Part shown: positions 1-64,000 of the stretch, in pieces
Position numbering within the stretch: the first letter of the stretch is position 1
Layout: each line of letters opens with the position of its first letter
Source: the human T2T-CHM13v2.0 reference genome, Homo sapiens
Length of the DNA stretch: 64,000 nt
Assembly (NCBI RefSeq): GCF_009914755.1
Contig: NC_060940.1
Strand: one strand, 5' to 3'
Notes under the pieces: generated by a model
What the model was told of the DNA's origin: nothing
The model's database searches: none
The model's input: only the letters and a program-made list of their open reading frames with translations
Position numbers and translations under genes: made by a program

Positions 1-3339
<3,339 letters not shown>

Positions 3340-5968
3340 GGGCTCCTGCTGGATTCCGAAAAGGCCGGGAAGCCAGTCTCCTTCCCTGAAGCAAGCCCAG
3401 GAGAAGACTCTCCGCCCCACGCCAATCCCAAAGGCATGCAGATGGCTGTGCATGTTGGCTTCTTTGGACCTGCACTGGAGGATTTCTCAGACACATGCAC
3501 CAGATTCTGGCTCGAAGCAGCCACTGAGCCATAATGCGCAGGGGAGGCCAGAAGCTCTGTGCCTGGTCTGTAACAGTTTCCAGGCCAGCTGGAGAATGTT
3601 CACTGGTTCGGGGCTGACTTTGAGATCTTTGTTCCCTGAGGTGCCAGGCAGGCAACTTTAGCACATGATGAAAACAGACTTCCACCTCAGTGGCCTGTGG
3701 GCACGCACAAGTGAGGTCTGTTTTTCTAGACACCAAGGGGGAGTAAGCTGAGCTGTCTAGCACGGATTGGAGACTCCCTCTCCCTGGTGGGCCTGGCAAT
3801 GACAGCATTTCTCACAGAGGCATTCTGGTAAATGAAGCTGAAAGGGGTGTTTTACATCTGTAAACGGTTTCAAACAGGTAGAGAGAAAAACACCACAATT
3901 AACACTGTTACTTTTTGCCTTGTCTGGCATGTTTGTTTTAAATGAATACATTAATGGGGTTTTTATCCTTTTGAATGACTTTTCAGACACTAGACATAAA
4001 TCTCTTCCCTCCAGTGTATGCTCTGCCTTTTTAACCACTGACATGTAAGGAGGACTACTGTCTAGCATCAGCTTATGGGGTCAGCTGGCTGTGGGGATAG
4101 AGTCCTGAGGAATGTGGTCACAGCAAGAAGGCGGGGAGCAGCAGAGCCTTGCCTTTGAATGAGGCAGCTTGTGAGGCAAGCATTCTGGAGAGAGGTGCTT
4201 TGAAAGTAAGGTGCGGCCTTTCACCTCTTCCTTGATTACTCACACATCTTTGCGTTCTCCCCTGCCGTCCTTCAACTGTATCTTACTTTTCTTACCAGAA
4301 AGGAATGGAGTCTGTTTAGAGACAACTTGGACAACCTGTGAGTGCATCTCTTCTTTCCTTTAGTCTTCACAGCTAACTCTGGAGAGCTTCAAAACTAGAA
4401 GGATCTACTCCGCATGGGTGCATGCAGAGGCTCCTGGATCTGGGAAGCCCGCCCCCTCACAAATGCTGAGCCGTTCTTGCTCTGAAACTGCGTGAGTCAA
4501 GGCAAATGCAAAAAGCCAGGTTTTGGGGATGTGTCTTACTGTGCTTCAACTTCCCAAGGAATTGAAAGTCAACCTAACTGTAACAACAGGGTGAGAAATG
4601 ACCAAACTGCCCGTGACTTTTTCTGAATGGACTTCATAACCGGAAGACTTAACCGGTGGCCTCATCACCAGAGCATCGCCAGGATTTCTAATGCACTCAG
4701 TTTCCCTACATAGCAGGGATTCTTAGCTAGGTGTCCCCATGAACCCCGTAAAGTTCTACACAAAGTCTTGCATACAGGAGCCTTTACAAGATGATTATAC
4801 AGGGTTGCAGATTGGGTGACTGACCAGACTTGTTGGGGTCCTGGGATGAGTTGCCCCGGGCTGCAAATTAAGAGTACAGCTAAGTGCGGGGGTGGCGGTG
4901 GAGGGAACGAAAATTGAACCTGTCTGCCTGTGCTGTGTCGTGTGGCTTTATCAGCCCGAGGAAGGGCAGGTGTATTCTAATTTGCACAAAGGTGCTGGGT
5001 AGACTAGTGGCAGCTCTCATGTGCTGCACATAAGTGGAATCAGTATGAATAGAAGAACTTGCTGTATAAAGGAATTTCATGGCAACAATGCTGGTAAGGG
5101 CAATTAGCCTCGCTTAAGTTGCCTTTTTTACACACCAAAACTTTTTACATGAAGGGCTGGTTTCACATGAATACTATACTGAAATCTGTGCTCTCAAGAT
5201 CTAGCAGTGACCAGGGCTGCCCGGCGGGGGCTCTCCTGGCAAGTCAGGAAGGTTTCTGTTGCTAATATAACATAGAAACACATTAGTGCACTGGGCCTCT
5301 CTGAGGTCAGCATATTTGTACTCTTGGAATATTTGTTTTTTTCTTCAGTAACAACAGAAACCCCAGTTGGGAGTTTAACAAATAACTGACTACCACTCAC
5401 TCATGCATTTTTATTTCCAATTAAAGCAAAGCACTGTGCTGTGCTCAGATAATAATAGTTTGTAAGTAAAAGTTTTTAGTTTTCAGTGTTCAGGTTATAG
5501 AATATAACTGACCATAAAAATTACCTGCAGGTATTTTCTTTTTATGAACTTGTTTTTAAATTACCAAGTAATTACTGGTGTCATTTTGTTTTATGACAGA
5601 CACACGTATCTAACAAACAAACAAACAGTGACCTTCTCCATGGGTCAAGGACTTCCTTACAATTTCTCCTGAGTTAACTTTTGTGAAAATAATACCTAAG
5701 GTTTTCTGGCTTATTGAGGAAATTTCCTAACAAACAAACAAACAAACAAACAGAAGAGAAGATCATTAACCACTGTATACTTTGTGTATATAATAGGTCA
5801 GTGTAAAGAAATATGATTTGAGGTGGTGCATGCAAGTAACTAGGGTTTATTCTATATAATGAATATTTATAGATCTGTAACATTTGTTTCAAAATGCTGT
5901 TTCATTTTTATAAAGTACCAGTGTTTAGCTGCTTTTTATACATTAAATTAGCAATTTGAAAAACTCAA
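3340..5968 (+). other. ADCY7: ADCY7 3' UTR (~2.6 kb; end approximate)
   Basis: Follows the stop codon, has no recognisable interspersed repeats, becomes increasingly AT-rich, and ends after ATTAAA at 5942. Confidence 0.75.
5942..5947 (+). terminator. Probable ADCY7 polyadenylation signal (ATTAAA)
   Basis: ATTAAA in U-rich context with a U/GU-rich stretch ~35 nt downstream; an alternative ATTAAA lies at 5420-5425. Confidence 0.65.
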
Positions 5969-6883
5969 ATATCTGAAGGTATTTTATTTTCGTGGTCCTC
6001 ATGAACTCACTAGAGATTAAAAGTAGACTCAAACAACTTGAAAATTTGACTCTTTTAGCATAAGATTTTAAGTCTTTTGAGGGAATTAATTTTCCTTTAC
6101 CCTATTTGTTCTTCCTAAATACTAATTAATTTTCAAAGTCAGGAAAATAATAGAAATCAAATGGCTTCCTGCCTGGGTGATTTATAGAAGGATTGTATAA
6201 GGGCCTTCAAACTTAATTTGTTCACTGAACAAGGCTATCTATCTATCTATCTCCATCCTGATTTTTTTCCCTTGTGTATAACAGGTTCTATACCGATTCA
6301 GCAAAATCACCATTTATCTCAGCTTGCTGATAAAAGGGGGCCATGAATCTTGTGGTCTCCTACTTAGAGTTCAACTCCTTGGGTACTTGACCTTTGTATT
6401 TCAGATAAACAGTAAGTAAAGTAGAAATGTCACCTTTTGGTAATCTGGTAATTCCCTGATCTATTCAAGGATGACTTAGTTTATCTTATTTGGCTTATTA
6501 CTTTGCTATAGTACTAAGTAACTCCTCTTTCTTTAAAAAACGGAAAAAACCAAAAAAGAACACTAGCCATGTGACAGTGCTATAAAACTCCCAGTGTGCT
6601 TTTGTCAGGGGTGGGTGGGAGGTGCCTAATTACCCATACAAGGGCATCATTCCCACTGGGTATGCAGGGGCAGAACCACAGTAGTAAATTCTAAAATTAT
6701 TTCAAGTATGTTCGTATAACGGAAAATCTCACTGGATGGGGCCGTTTTAAGAACGCTTCTTAGTGATGATCCTGTCTGTGGGACATAAGGAAGAAGCATT
6801 GGAAGGCACTATTTTGAAAGAATGCTGCACAGGTATGGCAACAGCCCCAAGCACATTCCTTCCTCACGAGTCCCAGGTCCAGC

Positions 6884-6889
6884 TTTATT
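6884..6889 (-). terminator. Probable BRD7 proximal polyadenylation signal (AATAAA)
   Basis: tttatt on + strand, ~155 nt past the BRD7 stop; a second signal (ATTAAA) at 6939-6944. Confidence 0.7.
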
Positions 6890-7044
6890 ACCTAATACAA
6901 GTCCAACCTCTGGAACATCCAAATTCGCTGTTCCAAAGTTTAATTAAAAACACAATTTACAAATATTTAATATCTTCTGAAAAGCATTTCTAAGTTAAGA
7001 ATGAAAAAGTATGTACATAATATATAATCAAATACCAGGCAGCC

Positions 7045-56623
<49,579 letters not shown>

Positions 56624-57001
56624 GTCCGACCGGGCCCCGGTGCCCGCCCCCCGCGCCAGGCCCAGGCCGTGCGGCGCCGCTTCCGGTCCGGGCCAGGCGA
56701 GCGGAGGGCGGGAGCGGGGCCCGCGAGACCCCGCGCCGCGAGGCAGGGGGGCGGCGCGCGCCGGGCGGCGCGATGCCCCTCTCGAGAAGACGGCGCGCGA
56801 GACCCGGCCGGAGCCCGAGAGCGGCGGCGGGGGGGCGCGCGGCCGGCGCAGAGGCGGGAAAGAAGGCCCGCCGCGCGCACAGGGTGCCGGCGGCTGCGGG
56901 TGGCGGCCCCTGGCGACCGGAGGTGGTGCTGCAGCTCGCGGGCCGGGGGCGGGGCCGAGGGCGGGGCCGGGGCGGGGCCGGGGCGGGATCCACCGCTCAG
57001 A

Positions 57002-57338
57002 CTCTCGTCTTTCTTCCTTCCTCCCTTTCCCCTCAATTTGTCTGTCTTGTCTCTGTCTCTGTGTGTCTCTCCCTCCGTCTCCACTTCCCTCCCTTCTTTT
57101 TACTCCCTCCCTCTCTTTCTTTCTCTTTCCCTTCTTCCCTTCCTTCCTCCTTCCTTCCTTTCTTCCCTCCTTACTGCCTCCCTTCAAGCCTTCCTTCTCT
57201 CTTTTCTTCCTCCCTCATCACCCTTCCTTCTCCTCTTCCCGTCTCCTTCCCTCTTTTTTTCTTTTCTTTTTTTCCCCTTCCTCCTTCCCCCACTCTTCCT
57301 TTCTTTCCACTTTCCCTTGCTTCTGTTTCTTCCCTTTT
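57002..57338. repeat. CT-rich polypyrimidine low-complexity tract
   Basis: ~335 nt composed almost entirely of C and T on the + strand. Confidence 0.9.
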
Positions 57339-57644
57339 ACGATATTGACTGAACCCCATACTGGGTGCCAGACCCAGCAAACTCAGCACATTGGTGACTG
57401 AAGATTCTAATCTTAAAAAAAACTTATGTGCTGATAGGTGAAGGTTACCAGACGTTTTGACTGTCTTTACGTCTAGCTGTATGGTGCTTTGTCTGTTTTC
57501 AGATAAGCTCGTAATTATAGTCTCCTCTTAAGAAAGGATCTGTTATCAGTCATTTATACTTTAGTAACAATTTAGACCCATGAATCACCTCTCCCAGGAA
57601 GATTTGTAGCTTTACCTTGAACTTCAGTGGTGAAATTATAGGCT

Positions 57645-58180
57645 TATATTTTAGGACCCTATTGTTGGCAACTAATAGAAACCAATTTGAATTATTTCAA
57701 GTAAATAAAAAGGGATTTATTGGTTTACATGTCTAGAAAGGGCAAGAATAAAGCTTGCCAGAGGGAAGACAGGAACCAAGGATGTAATGCTGTTGACTGG
57801 CATGCCAGCTCGCTCTCTCTCTTGTCTCTCTGTATATCGGTCTCCATCTCCCCCCTTCTTTCCTATATGGCTGGAAACATGGCCACCATCTGCTTCTGAG
57901 GCCTCTTCTTTATAGTGTCCTGACCAACTGGGAAAAAGATCTCTTCCTGTCAGCTTCACCTGGAAAACAGTCCCAGGGAAGGACTCTGATTGGCTTGGCT
58001 TGTGTCACATGTTTTATGGGACAGGGGATGGGAGATTGATTCGGCCTGGATGCCAAATCTACCCCCTCACCCCCTTGGCCAAGAGAAGTGGAGTCTGTGA
58101 TTGGCAGCTCCTGCCAGACTTCTATGGTTAGCCAGGGAAGATGAGGTTCTTCTAATGAAGAGAGTTGCTTTTTCATGAAA
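57645..58180 (-). mobile_element. MLT1 (MaLR) LTR relic
   Basis: gggatttattggttta...cccagggaaggactctgattggc motifs. Confidence 0.55.
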
Positions 58181-58839
58181 GCTAAAAGTGTGTGTCTATT
58201 ATTTCCCTGTAACAAGCCTCTCTGGTGTCCGTGAGGCAGAGATCAGGGTGTGGGAAGAGGGGTTGTGTTGGGGAAGAGACCTTCTGCTGCTCTGAAATCA
58301 AGCCAGCTAGGCCCCCTAGGCCCCCTAAGCATAGGGAAAAGCTTGGTTTCAGCTTTTCATCCACTGTCTGTAACTTATTTTGCTTTAAGAACCACTATGC
58401 CAACTCCCACTGTGGGTCTGGCCTCTATTGTGGCATTGCCTTGCTCCAGGCTCAACCTGTGGGTTTACCTGTCTGCTCCTCATTACCCTGGGTACCTCCT
58501 TGGTACTTACAGTGCCTAGCACAGTGACTACTACTGTCCAAATGCCCCTCAGAGGAAAAAGGTCTGGTGAACTCATCCATACTATCAAGTTAGTAATTTC
58601 CCTACCCTCTCAAGAGTGATTCTACATAGGTCACAAAGTGGTCACATCAATGGAAAGTGAATAAGAGTACGTAGCAGAAAACACCTCCCAGAAAAATGTT
58701 CCTGGAAGTGGAAGCCCAAATTCATCTAGTTTTAAATTCTCAGCACTAATACCATGCCTGGCACATAGAAGGCACCAGAAAATGCTAGTTGAGCTGCACG
58801 GTCCTGGTTCGGGCAGACTCCCCTGAGAGATTTCTGCCT

Positions 58840-59270
58840 GCTGCCATTCATGACCTCCCAGTGAGTGTAGAATGGCCTGGAGACTGGCTTCAGAGCAATA
58901 GAATATGGCAAAGATGATGGACGTCACTCCTGTGTTGAGGATACATAAGACTTCAGTCTTACTTGCTGACCGTCTCTCTTGCCTTCTTGGCTTGCATGTT
59001 TTGATGAAGTAAGCTGCCATGCTGGAGAAGCCCATGTGACAAAGACCTGAGGCTGGGCCCCAGTTGACATCCGGCTACAACTGAGGCTATCAGTCCAACA
59101 GCCTTGAAGGATTGAATCCTGCCAGCAACTGTGTGAGCTTCAAAGTGGATCCTTCCTCAGTGGAACATTCAGATGAGACCTCAGCCCTGGCTGACATCCT
59201 GATCACAGCCCTGTGAGAGTCCCAGAAGCAGAGGCCCCAGTTAAGCTGTGCCCAGACTTCTCCCCCAACA
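58840..59270 (+). mobile_element. MLT1E/F-like LTR
   Basis: gaatcctgccagcaactgtgtgagctt...cagatgagacctcagccctggctgaca...gttaagctgtgcccagactt. Confidence 0.7.
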
Positions 59271-59539
59271 GCCCAACAGCTCTTGAGTGAGTGAGACAGA
59301 GCTGACTTGAGTCCTGGGGTCACAGATGCTTACAGGGTCTGTGACTTTGGCATGTCCTGAGAGGGCTGCCTACCTCTGAACCTTGGAACCAGGGTGAGGT
59401 CATTGGGTGTGCTGCTGCAACAGGGTGGTTGTAAGGATCAAAGAAGATAATGTGGTCAGAGTGCCGAGAGTAATGCCTGATATGGTAGATAGTAAATGGT
59501 CAATAAATATCAGCTGCTAATACTAACTTTTAAATATTT

Positions 59540-60058
59540 GTGAATGTCACTTTCCTGCTCAAAACCATCTTGTGGCTCCCTGTCTCACTCGAAGTCAAAG
59601 CCAAATCTGCACCTTGGCTTTCAGGGCCGGATCTGGCCCTCATTCTCTTTCCAGCCCCATCCCCCTGCCCCCTCCTCCCTCCTGCCCCAAGCCCCTGCTT
59701 CTCTTCCCTGTGTTCAGAACACTCTCCCCTGAGCTCCTGGAGTGGCTCCTGCCCTCACATCACCTTGGTCTCCCCTGTGACCACCTCAGAGAAGCTTCTG
59801 GACCACCAACCCACACACCCCTTCCCCTCTTCCCTCAGCCTGTGCAATGCCTTGTTTCTCTCCATTGCACCTACAGCCTCCAAAATTATGTTGAATATCT
59901 CTTCCCTATCTGTGTGCGTGTCCACCATCTGTCCACTGGCTTCCCAGGTCCCCAAGGTTAGGGACTAGGTCTGTCTCACTCCTGGCTGTGTGCCCCGCAC
60001 TTAGCACAGAGCTGGGCTCAGCACAGGCCCTGGAGAAATATTTGTTGGACAAATGAAT
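59540..60058 (+). mobile_element. L2 3' end
   Basis: tcactttcctgctcaaaacc...aaatatttgttggacaaatgaat terminus. Confidence 0.65.
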
Positions 60059-61319
60059 ACATCATAATTACTGTGTTGTGATAATAATTCTCTTCCTCCT
60101 TCCTCCCCTTTCTGGTGGAGACACGAGGTGACTGGAGCCCTCCGGGAGAGTCTGTGGAGGAGAAAGCCTGGCCACTGGGGGGTGTGGCATGCCCAGGAAA
60201 TCTCTGCGCAGCTCAGCTTGGAGGTGGCCCCTCTTCAGCCTGGCCTCTCTGCTGAGGAGTTGTTGCCCAGGGTGCCTTCAGGCCTTGGTGCTCTGACAGA
60301 GAGGACGCTCTGGGACACAGCTGATGTCCTTGCCACCTGACCCTGAGGTAGAGTGTGGCCTTCATTGGTTGGGTGGGATGAGGGCTGGGCGAAACTCAGG
60401 GGCCTTGGTTCTGGGACACCCACTGGGAACCCTTTATAGCTATTCCCCTATAGCCAACAAATGAAAGAGGGCTGCTGGGTGCTGACCTATGATCTGGACA
60501 GACTAAAAGCCTCAAACATCAGGGGCTTCTGAGCCCCCTCGCCTCTGTTTGGCTGTACTCCTCAAAGCCCCCTTATGCAGCACTGATGCAGGATGGGGAA
60601 CTCCTGAGACGGAGAGAATCCTTGGGCTACTAACTTCTTCTCCTGCTTTCCTTTGTCTGAATCTCAGTTTTCTCCTCTGAGGGATGGGCAGAGCCAGCCT
60701 CATGCAGCCTGTGTGGCTGGCATGAGGGTTAGCAAAAGCAAGGAGTGAGAAATGTTCTGGCACAACACAGGCCTTCCCAAGTGTAATGGGGCAGACGGTG
60801 GGTGGGAAAGGGCCGGTTCTCCTGGATACTCCATGGGGATTCCTGCCCTCTGTCCTGGGGTGGGAGGTGGCATCCCCTGAGCCCAGGCTCCCAGCAGCTC
60901 CAGCTAGTGCCTCATTTGGCACCAGGAGCAGGTCTGGGCCTTCCTGGTGCCAGCCTGATGCCAGCCTGTGAGTGCTGCTGGGAGAGGCCTCAAGAGGCTG
61001 AGGCTGGTTCAGCAGGCAGCTCTGTGGGGAATCAGTGGCCTGGGGTGATTCGCTATGACAGGTTGTTGACAGTGCAGCTTCCAGGGTTGCTCACGGTCAC
61101 TGGCGGAGCAGCCCCAGCTGCTGCCTCTGAGTGAGGAAAAGAGAGAGGCGGTGGATGGCCGCCATCCACGCAGGCATGCCACATGGCCTCTGCCCACACG
61201 GTCTCAGAGCTGCTTACTGGAGGGCAGCGAGCCCAAGCCATGACACTCACGGCTGCCAACCCCAAAAGTCATTTAGCCTCAGAGCCCTTGATCAAATAAG
61301 ACAGAGGCAACATCAGGAC

Positions 61320-62760
61320 CTTCCTTCCTTCTTTCAGTTCATATTTTCTGTGTGCCTACTATGTGCTGGGGGGTGCTAGGAACACGGTGGGAGTAAAATA
61401 GACACAGCCCTGCCCTTATGGAGAGCACAGTGAGATGCATGTTAGACAGAGAACACAGACAAATATTTAATCATGGCCATGCTAACGGTTAGAAAGGAAA
61501 ACAGCAAGCTGCTGTCCAGATAGTGCTCTGACCCAGGCTGAGGGCTCATCCAGGCCTAACCTGGAGGATAAGTCTTGGTTAGGTGCCCTACAAGTGGAAC
61601 CTGAGGCGTGGATCTGTTGGGGTGGCAATTGGGGAGAAGCTGGGAGAGAAGCAGGACGGGGTGGGTAGAAGCAGAGAAAGAGGTGGTCCCAGCCTCAGCC
61701 CCGTGCCACAGTGGTGGCGGGGCGAGGGGGGATTGGGAACATCAACTGTCCAGGGAACAGTCCCACCCTGTGGGAGGTGGCTGGCCTTTTGTAGCCCATG
61801 GTGGGCAGCGAGGTCTGCCTGATTGTCGCCTATTACAGAGGTGACTCTAGTTTGTCCCAGGGCAATTCTCTGAGGGAGGTGTGCGGCTGCCTTCCGTGAG
61901 TGGCCAACACTCCCAGCTGCTGGTGATGCCCCTCCAGCAGGATGTGCCTTCAGGAGAGGTGAGCCAAGGGGGCATCAGCTGCATCTACTAAACAGGCAGA
62001 GAGGTCAGCATGTGCAAAGGCGAGGGAAAGTTGGGTGCAGTCAGGGAGGAGAGGAGAGCAGGTTTGGAGCAAGAGAGATGATGGGGACTGTGTCTGGAAG
62101 AAAGGCTGGGCTGGGCAGAGCTTTTCAAGGCATGGCAGAGATGCTTGATTTTATTTGGGATGCCCATGAAGGCAGTGGACGTGGGTGCATGGCCATATTG
62201 GCAATTTAACAAGAGCGCTTTGGCTTCTGAATGAAGGAAGAATTGGAGTGGGTTAGGAGACCGGGCAGAGAGACCAGCTTAGAAGTGATGTGGTCTTCAA
62301 AGGGGAGATGGGGGTGGCTTGGTCTAGCGTGGATGATGTGGGGATGGTGCAATGGGATAATTCAAGAGTTATGTAGGAGGAAGAACTTAGGAGGGGTTAG
62401 GGATGCCTATGCAGAACCCAAGAGGAGAATCCAAGTAGGAAGGTGAATGCATGTGTCTGGGGCTTGGAAGGGAGGTGAGACCTGAAAATAGATTTTTGGC
62501 ATAGAGATGTCTTTGGAACCTCAGGAGTGAATGAGACCACCCAGGAGGAGAGAGTAGAGTGATCAGAGAAGATGGAGCCTTGAAGAGCTTCAATATTATC
62601 TAACAGGTGAATAAAGGATGAGGAAGCAGCAGAGGAGACTGAGGAGGGGGAGGGAGGCAGGAGGAGAAGCAGGAGAGTAGGACACCCAGCAGGGGAGGAC
62701 AGAGCACTGGAGCCAGGTGAGGGCAGTGGCGGGCTGAGAGTGTGTAGAGGAAGGAAAGCT
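61320..62760 (-). mobile_element. L2 fragments (antisense)
   Basis: tgcctactatgtgctggg...ccctgcccttatggag; cagcatgtgcaaaggc; gagtgaatgagaccacccaggag. Confidence 0.55.
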
Positions 62761-63297
62761 CGGCCAGGCTGCAGGGAGCCTCTAAGCACTGGAAGGGCTG
62801 GGGGAGGGTGGATCAGACAAGTAGACTTGTGCATGCAAGGCCACTGAGGTGATGCTGGAGAGTGGGAGGTGTGATGAGACAGAGATACAGAAGGGAACAC
62901 TGAGGCCTTGAATGACAGGCTGTGGGGTGTGGACTTCCCCCTGTAAAGTGGGATAAACCAGATGAAATGGTCACCTTGGAGAAAGCTGGGCATTTTCCAG
63001 GAGCCCCAGGCTGGGGACAGACCATGAGCAGCTCAGAAATGATCCTGCAGGCCCGGGCTCCCGGTCCATCATGATTCCTTGGAGTACTGCCCTGCGGACG
63101 GGGCCCAGGATTAAATTCCCTTCACAGAAAGTCACTATGTGTTTGATAAACTCTTATCAGACTGTGGCTGTGGGCTTGTGCCATGTCACCCAGATCTCTA
63201 ATTTCATAGTCCTGGCTCTGCCAAAGACTGGCTGTGAAACCTGGACATGTCTCTCCCCTATCTCCATCTAAACAGGGCTGCAGAAAGAGGAGGAGTC

Positions 63298-63681
<384 letters not shown>

Positions 63682-64000
63682 TTAAAAATATGTGTGTATT
63701 TTAGGTTTTTCTTGATTCAGTTATTTAGTTTTAAACCTATTTATTGCCTAAGTAATTAATGTTTGTTATAGACCAATTGAAAATACAAATAGGTGTAAGG
63801 AAGATATTTCAAATTGCTCATAATCTCACCACTTTCTGTAATAGTTTGGTATATGTCATTCCAGATATTCTCCAGTGGTGTTTTTTTTTTTTTATTAGAG
63901 TTTGGTGGTGATTCTTTTCTCCCTGCCTCAGGGGATAGATTCATGATACCCCTTTATTGAGCCTGGCTACTCAAAGATTGGTCCAGGGACGGCTGCATTG

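Overview
Primate, most likely human, genomic DNA. From protein recognition this is the ADCY7/BRD7 locus at 16q12.1. The + strand carries the last six coding exons (C2 catalytic domain) and the ~2.6 kb 3' UTR of ADCY7 (1-~5970). The - strand carries the complete 17-exon BRD7 gene (CDS 56623->7045). Its exon lengths sum to 1956 nt = 651 aa + stop, all introns are GT-AG, and its CpG-island promoter lies at ~56.2-57.0 kb. The two genes are convergent, with 3' ends ~0.9 kb apart. BRD7 introns are dense in transposable elements: a full-length but inactive ~6.1 kb L1PA nested in an MSTA LTR, an ERV1 LTR-internal junction with a tRNA-Arg primer-binding site, ~13 Alus, Tigger/MER DNA transposons, L2/MIR/HAL1 relics, and two small-RNA retrocopies (U13 snoRNA and Y3 RNA). 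I see no novel protein-coding system. The best leads are unverified splicing or regulatory hypotheses for BRD7: a possible 12-nt in-frame microexon (21639-21650), a candidate poison-exon cassette in intron 6 (26822-27005), an L1 antisense promoter pointing into exons 6-17, UG repeats next to cryptic splice sites, and a short candidate L1 3' transduction. Repeat subfamily names come from recalled consensus sequences and need RepeatMasker/Dfam confirmation.
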